Positions 35,302 to 45,680 of a stretch of DNA of 64,000 nucleotides are shown here, piece after piece. The notes beneath the pieces are model-generated. The model was given only the letters and a program-made list of their open reading frames with translations, was not told the origin of the DNA and did not search any database. Made by a program: the position numbers and the translations under genes. Each line of letters starts with the position of its first letter. The first letter of the stretch is position 1. Source of the stretch: a virus (lineage: Duplodnaviria > Caudoviricetes); IMG/VR virus record IMGVR_UViG_3300027805_000006; one strand, 5' to 3'.

Positions 35302-36390
35302 AAACTTGTGCTCGAGAACGTGCTTGTTATACCACTCGCGCAAGTTAATCTCCTTACCGTCCATCGCTCGCATGATCAATCCAAACAGGCGATGACCTTT
35401 TGCTGCTAGTGCTGCCTCCTTCTTTGTTTTACCAACAAGCTTTGCGTGCTCTGCCTCTACTTCAGCTTGTAGCTCTGCCAAATCTGCAAGGACAATGTTA
35501 TTGATGCGTCGAACTGGCGTTGGATCCTTATCAACCAGTGCAAACTGGCCAATCAAGTCATCGATCTTATCATCAAGGGCCAAGCGTGCTACATCACGCT
35601 CACGTAGGAATACAATGGTCCTGTGCAGGTCGCAGTACCACTTCGTCTTCAACTTAACCATGTCGCCACTCTCAAACTGGATTACCCAGCCCTCAAAGTT
35701 CTGTGTAGTAAGTGCGGCGCTCTTTAGTTTCTCCCAGGAAACATTTCCACCCTCAAGAAAGTCAGACATGAAGTTCTTAACAAGCGGGAACGGGCAGCCA
35801 CGAGCAGAAAGTTCTGCCTCAGTGAGGTATCTTCCTGAATTATTCTCACGAATATGTAGTAGCGTAAGTTCATCTGAATTATATCGCAACACTATTGGAA
35901 AACGTGGAGAAGTTACCTCAAAGGTTGGAGTCAAGTTTTGATTGAGAATGTCTTGAATCCATTCCTTGCACCCTGGAGTAGATGCGATGGAATCGGCAAG
36001 TGTCGCTTCATTTGTATGAAATGACTTCTTTGTCTTGAACTTGAAACCTCCACCTACAAGTGGAACTGGTACCACCATAGAGCCGTCCCGCTTCTCCATG
36101 ATGCGCGTTACCTTAGACCAGTTAATGTTTTCAGGCAGAGTGCTTTCACGCTCGCCAACATTGAAGAACTTATGCAGGTGCCGAGAAACTATTTTTCCAT
36201 CTTTGCCAAAGGTAATACCTCGGCACTCACGCTCAATACTCTCATTCTCACCAGAAAATACATCATCGTCCTGCAGCATGTAGCAGATAACAGTTAGACC
36301 GAATTCTTCATCGGCTTTTACGCGTATCTGGGGGACGTGCTGAATAAACTTGGTGACATCTGAAATGTCACAAATAACTGGAAAAGGCAT
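35251..36390 (-). CDS. rnlA: RNA ligase 1 (T4 RnlA-like)
   Basis: ECRGI.F...HKFFN.GE, motif I EKRDGS, FEVTS, EGWVI, VKLK. Confidence 0.9.
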   Translation of the reverse strand: MPFPVICDISDVTKFIQHVPQIRVKADEEFGLTVICYMLQDDDVFSGENESIERECRGITFGKDGKIVSRHLHKFFNVGERESTLPENINWSKVTRIMEKRDGSMVVPVPLVGGGFKFKTKKSFHTNEATLADSIASTPGCKEWIQDILNQNLTPTFEVTSPRFPIVLRYNSDELTLLHIRENNSGRYLTEAELSARGCPFPLVKNFMSDFLEGGNVSWEKLKSAALTTQNFEGWVIQFESGDMVKLKTKWYCDLHRTIVFLRERDVARLALDDKIDDLIGQFALVDKDPTPVRRINNIVLADLAELQAEVEAEHAKLVGKTKKEAALAAKGHRLFGLIMRAMDGKEINLREWYNKHVLEHKFSLAVLDAGEQLIDGDI

Positions 36391-36556
36391 AGAGATTTAT
36401 GCTAGAAAATGGAGTGCAATAGTTAGGGCGGCATTTGCTACAAATGAAACAGCCAACCAAATACGAAGTTTTTTGATTTGATCTGTCTGCTTAGCATCAA
36501 TTGCATCTACTTGTGACTTTGTAATTGATTCGCTGCTGTAACTTTTCATATGCTTC

Positions 36557-37417
36557 TCACTCGTATATGATTTCACCCTTCACCAGTGTAGTTGGAAGTT
36601 CATGCTTTATCTCAACTACTGGTGCAACTTGTTTTTTCTTAGGAGACTTTTGAGGAAGTGCTTCCTCTTTCTTCTCAGCAATTTTAACAACATCCCCAAA
36701 CTTTAGTCCTATATTTGCAGGTTGAACCTCTGTTGGATCTGGTAAAGGAGTTTTAATTGGGGCAAATTTCTTCTTTGGTTCTTTTTCTGCTACGGTCTTA
36801 AGATTTTCAAGGACCTTCTTTGGCTTAGTATTGATTTCATCAACTATTGATTTTGTTTCTTTGGATTGTTCATTTGAAGGTGGAGCAGTATCTTCAAATG
36901 AGAACATAAATTTCTTTACAACCGGCTTTTCGGGAGATTTTGCAAGTGAAATGCTTGGTACTTCTTTTTCTACTGGCGGAACTACAGCAGACTTAATATC
37001 TGTAGGAGATAAAACCGATGTCATTGATGGAGCAGAAATAGTGTGCGCATCACTTGGCAGTTCAGGAGCAAATTGTACTACCTCAGGTGGTGGTTCAGCA
37101 GCAATAGCCTGATCTTCTGGTTCAACTGTTTGAACTGGCGCTGCCTCTTCCTGGCGTGCTACAGTAACCTTCTTAACTAACGGCGTAAAAAGTCTGTTGT
37201 TAAGAACAACTTCAACTTTTAGATCATAGTCGCCTGCAGGAAGAGATTCAGGAACTGCAACTTTTGCTGACCAGGTATCTGCACTCTTTGATGCGGTAAA
37301 TGAAAAATTTGATGTAAGTGGATAACCACCAAGAACGAGCCTTACCATAGGCTCAATTGATGTACCCATTACATTGACCTTGAAGGTTACGAGGTGTTCT
37401 TGTCCGGCTATTAACAT
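36557..37417 (-). CDS. hypothetical late protein (N-terminal beta-sandwich, Pro/Lys/Glu-rich tail)
   Basis: ORF composition. Confidence 0.65.
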   Translation of the reverse strand: MLIAGQEHLVTFKVNVMGTSIEPMVRLVLGGYPLTSNFSFTASKSADTWSAKVAVPESLPAGDYDLKVEVVLNNRLFTPLVKKVTVARQEEAAPVQTVEPEDQAIAAEPPPEVVQFAPELPSDAHTISAPSMTSVLSPTDIKSAVVPPVEKEVPSISLAKSPEKPVVKKFMFSFEDTAPPSNEQSKETKSIVDEINTKPKKVLENLKTVAEKEPKKKFAPIKTPLPDPTEVQPANIGLKFGDVVKIAEKKEEALPQKSPKKKQVAPVVEIKHELPTTLVKGEIIYE

Positions 37418-37420
37418 AGT

Positions 37421-37849
37421 TTATATCTCAAATTCAGTAATATTTACGCTGATTTCTGGTTCTTCAAGTTTCCATGGAGGAACAATTTTTAGTTCTTCTG
37501 CAGAAACTTGTAGTTTTCCACCAGCGAGTCCAATTGCAAGATCAAATGCAGCGACGAAAGTGCTTTGCACCGCTGCTTCAAGTTGCTGTGTTCCAACTTC
37601 ACCAAGCAATTCTGCAGTTACAGTAATAAACGGCTGCTCAAACTGAAGTTGATGTGGTTCAAGATCATCGATTACGTGCTGAACCAGATCGGGACGAAGT
37701 TTGACGAACTGCTGACTTATCGATGAATTGTTTGTTCCGAGGAACTGCGTGTATTTGTCACGAATTAAGTTGTCAATAACAATTGCCCTGCGATTAGCGC
37801 AGAAGGCATTTATTGAAGACGTATTAATCGTGCAAAAATTTATACTCAC
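37421..37849 (-). CDS. hypothetical late protein
   Basis: CTAAATA at 37873-37879. Confidence 0.65.
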   Translation of the reverse strand: MSINFCTINTSSINAFCANRRAIVIDNLIRDKYTQFLGTNNSSISQQFVKLRPDLVQHVIDDLEPHQLQFEQPFITVTAELLGEVGTQQLEAAVQSTFVAAFDLAIGLAGGKLQVSAEELKIVPPWKLEEPEISVNITEFEI

Positions 37850-37885
37850 ACTATTCCTTTAAATCTATTCCTTATTTAGGAAGAT

Positions 37886-38398
37886 TTAACCTGGAAATGT
37901 AGCTGGCCAGTTTGAAGAGAAGTCATAGTTTGTAGGATCAGCAGATGCCAGCATTGCTGCCTTATGCTGCTCAGCAGCAGTAAATGCCTGGATGTCGTGG
38001 GCTGCGATTGAATTAAAAATTTCAACCGCCAGGGCTGGTGTCATCTGGGTGAATGAATTGTCCATTGTCTTCCACATAATTCCTGATGGCATATTTGCAC
38101 CCATCATTACAAGACCCAACTGCTGAATTCTGGATGTTGAATCAGAATCAAACCACTTATTCACTGAAGCAATAAGCACACCACCACTTTGAACCTTTGA
38201 GCGCTTCTGCTTAATTTCCTGCCAGACGCGCTCCTTGGTCATATCAACACCAGCAGCATCCAGAGTTGCCTTATCAGGTAAGGTGCCTTCCTGAGCGCGC
38301 AGGTTGTCGTAGTTCTGTGGAGAACCTTCGCTGTACGCAGAAACTGCTTGAAACTTTTCTGCGATGATCTCTAGGTAGTTTGGAAGTTGTACGCTCAT
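37886..38398 (-). CDS. DUF4376-like tail-fibre-associated protein
   Basis: IKQKR...GG...FDSD..SR...WKTMDN; directly after the fibre gene. Confidence 0.7.
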   Translation of the reverse strand: MSVQLPNYLEIIAEKFQAVSAYSEGSPQNYDNLRAQEGTLPDKATLDAAGVDMTKERVWQEIKQKRSKVQSGGVLIASVNKWFDSDSTSRIQQLGLVMMGANMPSGIMWKTMDNSFTQMTPALAVEIFNSIAAHDIQAFTAAEQHKAAMLASADPTNYDFSSNWPATFPG

Positions 38399-41300
38399 TA
38401 TCCGATCTCTGTAATTTCGTATGAAGAAACAAGTGTTCCACCTAGGTCATTTCCGGCGTTGGTAAGGTTAATGTACCACGTTCCACCGCCGCCACCAATA
38501 CCTGCTCGCATTGAATAGGTGACTGGTGCTGTTGTTGCTGGTGAATCGGAAACTGCCAGGCAGAGAGTTGTTGGGCGACCACCGCCTGTTGCGAAGAACA
38601 CCGCTGAACCAATGTTTAGAGTTCCTCTGAACAATGAACAGATAACAATTCTGTTTGAGGTGCTGACGTCAACGGTAAATGGCACAGTAAACTTAAATGT
38701 AGAAGCAACAGAAGATGGCGTAATCGTTCTTGACCAGATCTGCGTACCTTCAGTATCAAGCGGAGCAGTATTGTCCCAAGGAATTGCTGTATTACCAGAC
38801 GTACCAGGAATTGCGCCTGTGTAGATTGCAAGGTAGCCTGAGCCACCGGGAGAAGTTAGACCAATTTCATACCAACCACCATTTTGATAAACTTCAGTTG
38901 CACCAAGCGTGGTGTTGTAGCGAATTGTTCCATTTGTTGGCGTTGCTGGGCGCTCAGCAGATGATCCAGTCGAAAGAACCATACCAGCGGTTCCTGGGAA
39001 GATAGGATTGTCTGCAATTGAGATGACCGGATTACCTGCAACACCATTGCCATTAGTGATGGTAATCTGACTTGTTGTTCCGGTAATTGTTCTTCCAACA
39101 AAGGTATCTGGTGCAGTCTGTGTAAGAATACCGTTGGTGTTGTATGCTGCTAGCGCGGTGAGAGTGCTATCAATTGGCTGGAAGGCAGATGAACTTAGCC
39201 CGTCAAGTAAATCTGCATTCAAACCGGTAACTAACTGTCCTTGTGCATTTGTACCAAGGAGGAATGGTGCACTTGCAGAAGTTGGATTAAAAGTATGTAC
39301 TGCTGTAATTGTTCTGTTCTCAGTAGTATGAACATACTGCGGATGGTCATCATCTCCAAGACCAGAAAGTTCCCCGTGGTCAGACACACTTGTAAATGCT
39401 ACGTTTGAAACCTTTACAGAGCGATAATCATCAACGTTTACCAACCTTGCTTTTATGTCATTGGAGTATGTTGAACTCGTCTGGTAGATCAAGCGGTACA
39501 GCAGTTTAAATTCTGTTTCTGGGAACCCGGTGAAGTTAAGTGCTGCTACTGTATTATTATTTTTAGCATTGTCCAGCGTCGTATCCTGACGCTGACCCAT
39601 AAATGAAACAACAGGAACGCGAACATCATTTGTTGCAAATACCCAGGCAGCAACATAATTGCCCTCTGTCGCTTCTGTTACTGTCCAGTTGCCGCCATTT
39701 AGGTCATTAAAACCTGCCCTATTTGTTACCAATTCAACTGGGAAACTTGTCAAGTTTCCACTAACCCAAACGCCACCAGTTCCGCTCTTTCTGAGTATCT
39801 TGAGACTTACTGCTGGTGTAAGTACCTGCTCAAAAAAGTTTGTTGGCGTGGCGCTGTGGGTAATTGTTGACCTGATGTCTTCGTCGCTGATAATACCATT
39901 CGTGAGACTGAATGTGGCATCTGAGTTGCTGTTTCCAGTTCCAGTTTCCGTAAAGTTTCCAATATCAAACCCACCGAGAAGTTGTGTTCCAAATGCTCTG
40001 TGCAGGTAAGAGTGTGTAGCACCATCCATTGTGATGCCGTGACGCTCTTCAGCAAAAACTGTTGACTTGGAATTTATTGCATCCCAATAAACATATGAGG
40101 TATAAGCAAAATTTTGGAAATCTGGAACAGTTGCTTGTGTTAGCGTACCTGCAGCATCAAACTGAATAAAGTAGGCACCTGACGTATTTGGAAGTTGAAT
40201 GCTGTCAGATGTTGTCTTTACAACTCTAACACCTTTTACATAGTAAACATATGAACCGCTTACGGGAGCAATTGTAAAAGTACGTGTTGCATCATCAAAG
40301 CTAATTGTTGATTGCGTTCTATTGACGTGACCTGTTGGCTCAGCCTCTTCGCCCATAATGAGTGAACTCTTGAAGAACACCCACTGTGTGCCATCAAACA
40401 TTTCAAGGTTGTCAGTGTCTAGATTTACTCTTAGGTCGCCTTCAACAGGAGAACCAGGTCTCTCAGCAGAAGTTCCACCAGGTATCTTTACTGATTCGGT
40501 TCCAGGAAGAACTGGATTACTTGCAATTGCAATGGTAGGATTTCCACTAATTCCGTCAGCATTCGTTACTGAAATTTGGTCAGTCGTACCTAGTATTTCT
40601 CTAGTTGCCCAAGTGTCCGCCGCAGTTCTCACTGCAATACCTGTTCCAGACAGAGATTCAACTGCAGCAAGGTCCCCTGTTAAGGAGAATGTTGGATTGC
40701 CTGCAACGCCATTGGCATTTGTGATGCTGATTCCACCAGTGGGTGCAACAAGCTCTCGTAACTGCCAGGTGTTAGCACCTGTGCGTGCTGCTATACCACC
40801 GCTGGCTAGTGCTTCAAGCGCTGCCAAATCATCAGACAGCGTGAACGTTAAAGTTCCAGCAGAAGTGATTGGTGACCCTGAAATTGTGAAGCCTGCTGCA
40901 GGCGCTGTGGCTGCTACAGATGTTACTGTGCCAGATCCAGCAGGAGCAGCAGAGTTAATCCACTGTGTTCCGTCATACTGAAGCATTTGACCTGGCCCCG
41001 GAGAAACAATGCTTACATCGCCAAGGTCTGTTAAATCGTAATCGCCTTCTAGCGCTGTTACAGCACCTGTTCTTCCAAAAACTGAAGTAACAGGGAAATT
41101 AATATTTGCTTCAACTATATCAATAGTTGGATTACCAGCAACACCATCACCATTCGTGACTGAAATTTTGTTAGAGCCGCCAGTAATAGAGCGAGTTGTA
41201 GAAGTGCCTACACCTGTGATTGTGTAGATGCCTGTAGTTGTTGTATTTGCTAGCGCAGTTAGATCGCTATCAACTGGCTGAAAATCTGCTGCGTGCTGAC

Positions 41301-42834
41301 CATCAAGCAAATCAGCATTCAACCCAGTAACTAACTGTGTCTGAGCATTTGTTCCAAGCACAAATGGGGCAGCAGCTGCAGTAGGTGAGAATGAATGCTG
41401 AGCAGTGATAGTGCGCGGATTAGACGTGTGAACATATTGTGGATGGTCATCATCAGTTAATCCATCTAGTACGCCGTGGTCAACTATGTTAGGTGTTGAT
41501 ACCTGTATGATTGACAGCGTGCGATTGTCTTGAATGTCTCGAAGCGCTGCCTTTACACTATTTGAGAATGCATCTCTAACTTCAAAGATGAGACGATAGA
41601 GAGGTCTCATCTCCTTGAATGGCAAGTTTGATAGGTCAAGGGTATCCCACGTATTACCGCGCTGTGCCTGCTCGAGGCTGCTATCTTCTCTCTGACCAAG
41701 GATAAACATCACTGGTTCAGAAACATCATTTGTTGCAACTACCCAAGCTGCAACGTAGTTGTTATTCCCAGAATCAGGAGTTGTCCAGGTGCCACCAGTA
41801 TTCAAATTATATGTGGGGCGCGCGGTTCCAAACTTTAAAGGAAAGGAAGTTGCGGTATCTCTATACCATGCTCCACCAACGCCAGTGCGGTAGATAGCAG
41901 GAATTTTTGCTGGAATAGCAAGATCTTGTTCAAAATTTGCAGTAGGAGTGGCTGTTGCAACAACCTCGATCTTGATGTCCTCATCAAAGATAGTTCCACT
42001 GGTGACTGCGATTTGTGCATCAGCACCGGCGCTACCACCACCAACAAGTGTGAAGTCGGAAATTGTAAATCCACTGCCATATTGCGCACCACGGGTTATA
42101 TGCAAGTACTCGTGCGTCTGCCAGTCCATCGTGATGCCATGGCGTTCATCGCCAAACAGCGTTGCTTTTTGCTGCACAGAGTTCCAGTAGATAATTGCTA
42201 CAGGAACGTCATTTTCTAAGTTGAAAAAATTCGTACTGCTCTGCAAAGAGGCAGAGGAGTTATAGTAAATGAAGTAGAGATTAGTAGTATCTGGTATGAC
42301 TACACTCTCAGTAATTGTTTTTGTTATCTTTGCGCCCTTGTAATAGTACTCAAACTGAGTAGCAACGGGGGCAATTGAAAATGTGCGAGTTGCTGGAACA
42401 AATGAAATTTGACTTTCAGCGCGATCAATAAATCCTGTAGGTTCGCTGGTATCAAGTTGAACTGCAACTGTTTGGTCAGGTGCCCATTTAACTCCCTCAG
42501 GAGCAGTAGCATCTGCCATCAAAACATACCTGTCAGCACCTACAGCAAGCCTGACGTTGCCTGTTGCAGTTCTGACAATTAAATCACCTTTTGTTGTTGT
42601 GGGTGCAAGCCCATCAAATGTGACGTCAGACTGGCGCAGCACGAACTGCCACTCAGCATCTGCTGCGCCAGTCTTTACGTATAATGAACCATCGGTCCTG
42701 ATAAACAGGGAACCAATGGGAGCCGCTTCTCCTGGAGATGCAGAAGGATCTCCACTTCCCGTGAAAATACCCGTCTGCGTCTCGTCAAACGCCAGTCCGT
42801 CTTCAATTACGAATGCTGCGTTAATATCTGCCAC
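38398..42834 (-). CDS. long tail-fibre-like protein with a duplicated ~440-aa module
   Basis: EPTG...DHG.L.GL.DDDHPQYVHT...GLNADLLDG occurs twice, 701 aa apart; Gly/Thr/Ser-rich. Confidence 0.8.
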   Translation of the reverse strand: MADINAAFVIEDGLAFDETQTGIFTGSGDPSASPGEAAPIGSLFIRTDGSLYVKTGAADAEWQFVLRQSDVTFDGLAPTTTKGDLIVRTATGNVRLAVGADRYVLMADATAPEGVKWAPDQTVAVQLDTSEPTGFIDRAESQISFVPATRTFSIAPVATQFEYYYKGAKITKTITESVVIPDTTNLYFIYYNSSASLQSSTNFFNLENDVPVAIIYWNSVQQKATLFGDERHGITMDWQTHEYLHITRGAQYGSGFTISDFTLVGGGSAGADAQIAVTSGTIFDEDIKIEVVATATPTANFEQDLAIPAKIPAIYRTGVGGAWYRDTATSFPLKFGTARPTYNLNTGGTWTTPDSGNNNYVAAWVVATNDVSEPVMFILGQREDSSLEQAQRGNTWDTLDLSNLPFKEMRPLYRLIFEVRDAFSNSVKAALRDIQDNRTLSIIQVSTPNIVDHGVLDGLTDDDHPQYVHTSNPRTITAQHSFSPTAAAAPFVLGTNAQTQLVTGLNADLLDGQHAADFQPVDSDLTALANTTTTGIYTITGVGTSTTRSITGGSNKISVTNGDGVAGNPTIDIVEANINFPVTSVFGRTGAVTALEGDYDLTDLGDVSIVSPGPGQMLQYDGTQWINSAAPAGSGTVTSVAATAPAAGFTISGSPITSAGTLTFTLSDDLAALEALASGGIAARTGANTWQLRELVAPTGGISITNANGVAGNPTFSLTGDLAAVESLSGTGIAVRTAADTWATREILGTTDQISVTNADGISGNPTIAIASNPVLPGTESVKIPGGTSAERPGSPVEGDLRVNLDTDNLEMFDGTQWVFFKSSLIMGEEAEPTGHVNRTQSTISFDDATRTFTIAPVSGSYVYYVKGVRVVKTTSDSIQLPNTSGAYFIQFDAAGTLTQATVPDFQNFAYTSYVYWDAINSKSTVFAEERHGITMDGATHSYLHRAFGTQLLGGFDIGNFTETGTGNSNSDATFSLTNGIISDEDIRSTITHSATPTNFFEQVLTPAVSLKILRKSGTGGVWVSGNLTSFPVELVTNRAGFNDLNGGNWTVTEATEGNYVAAWVFATNDVRVPVVSFMGQRQDTTLDNAKNNNTVAALNFTGFPETEFKLLYRLIYQTSSTYSNDIKARLVNVDDYRSVKVSNVAFTSVSDHGELSGLGDDDHPQYVHTTENRTITAVHTFNPTSASAPFLLGTNAQGQLVTGLNADLLDGLSSSAFQPIDSTLTALAAYNTNGILTQTAPDTFVGRTITGTTSQITITNGNGVAGNPVISIADNPIFPGTAGMVLSTGSSAERPATPTNGTIRYNTTLGATEVYQNGGWYEIGLTSPGGSGYLAIYTGAIPGTSGNTAIPWDNTAPLDTEGTQIWSRTITPSSVASTFKFTVPFTVDVSTSNRIVICSLFRGTLNIGSAVFFATGGGRPTTLCLAVSDSPATTAPVTYSMRAGIGGGGGTWYINLTNAGNDLGGTLVSSYEITEIG

Positions 42835-42860
42835 TGCGGCTCCTCTTTAGTTGCTAAAAA

Positions 42861-43982
42861 TTACACGATTGCTGTTAAGCGCTTAGCCTTAACATCAACT
42901 GCAGAGGTTGATGTTACACGCAGGTTTAGAGTGTCTCCACCGGTAAGGGTGACAGAAACTGATAGACCTGTGATTGCGCCATTCAGACGTAGAACACCGA
43001 AGGTTGTATAGTCAGGTGATGTGCCGTTGTGTGTAGCAAATACCTTTCCAGCCCATACGCGTGTTGGTGTTCCAACTTCACGTACAAATACATCCCACTC
43101 AGTCACGACCGATGTTGAAGCATCAATTGTGGTAATGGTGGTTACGTTGGCAACATCAGTCTGCAGAGTTGTTTGAGCAAGAGCAGCGTCTAGGTCGCCG
43201 ATGGCGGTTACTAGGCTGTCGCCGTCTGTTACGAAGTTATTGGAAGCATAGTCAGGTGTTGAAGCACCTGCTGTCTTACCAATGAAGGTGTTGGCATAAC
43301 CGGCTTCGGCATCCAACTTACCAATTGCTACTGTGTGGCTGTCATTGTCGGTAACAATGTTCTCTGAGGAATAGTCTGGAAGAACTGCGCCTGCAGTTGG
43401 CTTACCAATGTAATCACGGATGTAGCCAATTTCAGCGTTGGCTGTACCTGTTGTGATTGTAATCCAAGCAGAACCATTGTACTGCCAGGTGCTATCAGCA
43501 GCCGTACCTTCTTGTACGAATACTGTATCACCATCGCTCTCATTGTTGATGTCTTCTGCGAAGGTACCTAGCGCTTGATCATAGACATAAACGTTAGGAC
43601 CATCACCACCGGAAATGCTTGCAAATAGAACGCGCTGACCATTTCCGATTGAAACACCATCTACCGTAACTGGGCTACCTGGGGTGCCAGTTGGGAGAGT
43701 GGTAGCAACCGTGTCAATAACGCGTACTGGCTCTCTCCAGGAAATACCTGTGGTGAGAACAGTTTGGACATAACTTTGTGTTGCCTGTAGGCTCCACTTA
43801 TCAATGCCAGAGCCAGCGGCTGTTTTTGTCCAAAACTCGCCATTTGCTTGGTTTGTGTAGTATGAACCAACACCAGCGGCATCGGTATCAGCTGTAGAGC
43901 CTGGTGCGCCAGTGCCGGAAAGGAACTGGACAGCATCATCGAGCTCTAGGCCTCGATAAATACGAAAGAAATCTTGTGACAT
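42861..43982 (-). CDS. virion structural/fibre-like protein
   Basis: N-terminus resembles the fibre N-terminus (G.G.P...A..GS.Y/F); internal 41-aa tandem repeat; CATAAATA at 44032-44039. Confidence 0.7.
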   Translation of the reverse strand: MSQDFFRIYRGLELDDAVQFLSGTGAPGSTADTDAAGVGSYYTNQANGEFWTKTAAGSGIDKWSLQATQSYVQTVLTTGISWREPVRVIDTVATTLPTGTPGSPVTVDGVSIGNGQRVLFASISGGDGPNVYVYDQALGTFAEDINNESDGDTVFVQEGTAADSTWQYNGSAWITITTGTANAEIGYIRDYIGKPTAGAVLPDYSSENIVTDNDSHTVAIGKLDAEAGYANTFIGKTAGASTPDYASNNFVTDGDSLVTAIGDLDAALAQTTLQTDVANVTTITTIDASTSVVTEWDVFVREVGTPTRVWAGKVFATHNGTSPDYTTFGVLRLNGAITGLSVSVTLTGGDTLNLRVTSTSAVDVKAKRLTAIV

Positions 43983-44034
43983 TTTGCTGTCTCCTTAAGT
44001 TTATTGTTACATCACTTGACGTGACTTCATTTAT

Positions 44035-44709
44035 TTATGACAATAAATGTTGAATGCGAATAACGTCAACTGATGAAAAATTGACTGTGTCATTATTTGT
44101 TATTTGTAGAGACATGTCACTTGGCGAACCAATCACGGAAATTGCGAAATTGACAGCATCTCCAACACGAGCATATACGTTATAAGCAGGTGTTAAAGGC
44201 GCTGCTCTATGAACAGCCAAAACTTCTGCCATGGTTATTCTATTATCTGCAGTGCAGATAGTGATGATCCACTTGCAGGTTTTATTGCCGGCAGAAATTA
44301 GCATAGTGTTAACTAATGAACTGGAGCCTATGGCAATAGTTGCACCATTAGTTCCAACACCGAAGTTGCTGGGCGGCTTTACCATTGATTGCCGCAGTGT
44401 TTCAGCAGTCACGCGGTGGTCAACGAGCGTATCATTCCCGGAAGTTGCTCCCCAGGCTAAAGCCAAAGTTCCCTCCTGCGCTCGGTCAATGCTTGTGAAC
44501 GTATTTCCTGCTCGTGCATTTACACGGATGATTTCACGTGTAGTTGCAGATTGGTTTTCAAGTGTTACTAAAAAATACTCTCCGGGTGCTGATGGCAATG
44601 GGAATAAAGCCCCATAGCCAGGCATAACTGTAAGTGAAGTGTCTGTAGCAGAAATTGGTGCTGCAAGAAGCGCTACAGCATTATTAGCAAAAAGTTGCGT
44701 GTCTGCCAT
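44035..44709 (-). CDS. virion structural protein
   Basis: FANNA...L...ISATDTSLTV..G.G..FP...EII...R...T..RAQEGT, typical of tail proteins. Confidence 0.7.
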   Translation of the reverse strand: MADTQLFANNAVALLAAPISATDTSLTVMPGYGALFPLPSAPGEYFLVTLENQSATTREIIRVNARAGNTFTSIDRAQEGTLALAWGATSGNDTLVDHRVTAETLRQSMVKPPSNFGVGTNGATIAIGSSSLVNTMLISAGNKTCKWIITICTADNRITMAEVLAVHRAAPLTPAYNVYARVGDAVNFAISVIGSPSDMSLQITNNDTVNFSSVDVIRIQHLLS

Positions 44710-44710
44710 T

Positions 44711-44917
44711 TCAACCCTTTACTCTTCCGCCATGCTTTTCAACAAGCTGCATGATAGCGGGCTTGCTTTTGTCACCTTGCTCCTTAAATTCTTGTTCAAA
44801 AATTGGAACAGCCTTTAAAGGCACAAGAACTTTCAGCGTTTCAATTCCATGCTTCAGTGTGTATGTTTGATATGGAACTTTTTTCTCAAGAGCCGCAACA
44901 TTGTTGAGGAGAGACAT
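44711..44917 (-). CDS. hypothetical protein
   Basis: ORF in operon. Confidence 0.6.
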   Translation of the reverse strand: MSLLNNVAALEKKVPYQTYTLKHGIETLKVLVPLKAVPIFEQEFKEQGDKSKPAIMQLVEKHGGRVKG

Positions 44918-44919
44918 TA

Positions 44920-45411
44920 TTAACTTCCTCTATAGTCTGAATAGTATGCTAGAAAGCGGTCCCTAGAAAACATGTCATTACCAATATCGCGCTCGATATC
45001 AACAATTTGTGTAAGACGAACTAACACCTTTTCCTCAGTATCCTTGACATCTCCAAGCACAAATAACCCTTTTGCGAGTTCATTTCGCTTGTGAAGTTTT
45101 AAACCTGTGACCTTCATGGCCTGCGTTCCCATCTTATCCTTGAAGGTAACTTCGTCTGAGACTTGAGGTAATTGTATCTTACGCTTTATTTCTCCAGCAG
45201 ACTTGAATATCTTTGAGCCAGGAATATAGTCCACAGTCTTTCCGTTTATTTTATTGATGTCGAAGAAATAAACGGCGTCAGATGGAACTCCCGCAGTGTG
45301 CTCAACATACACAGCAGGACCCCGGTCGCGATAATTTGTGAATGATAAAACAGTAAAGGACACTCCGTCCTTCGTCTCAATTTTATCACCTTTTACTGGA
45401 ACTACTAGCAC
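44920..45411 (-). CDS. hypothetical late protein
   Basis: GTG start; GATAAATA at 45434-45441. Confidence 0.65.
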   Translation of the reverse strand: MLVVPVKGDKIETKDGVSFTVLSFTNYRDRGPAVYVEHTAGVPSDAVYFFDINKINGKTVDYIPGSKIFKSAGEIKRKIQLPQVSDEVTFKDKMGTQAMKVTGLKLHKRNELAKGLFVLGDVKDTEEKVLVRLTQIVDIERDIGNDMFSRDRFLAYYSDYRGS

Positions 45412-45464
45412 GATGTTTCCCCGGTTTTCATTATATTTATCCCAGTCTTAGGGCAATAGGGGAA

Positions 45465-45662
45465 TTACTGATTTTTTACATCAGTGTATTCATCATCCTC
45501 GTAGCCGTAGTCTTCAAGTTCGGCATTCCTGATTTCGCGAACATAGTTCTTGAAAGAAACCCGTGCCTTGCGGGCAACTGGGTCCAGGTTTTCATTTGTG
45601 CGCTTCTTCTTGGTGCCTACGCGGCGGTCTTGATGCTTATCGTAAATTTCAGAGTGCTTCAA
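45465..45662 (-). CDS. small basic/acidic protein
   Basis: TTG start with GGAG RBS. Confidence 0.55.
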   Translation of the reverse strand: MKHSEIYDKHQDRRVGTKKKRTNENLDPVARKARVSFKNYVREIRNAELEDYGYEDDEYTDVKNQ

Positions 45663-45680
45663 TCACAACTCCATTAGGTT

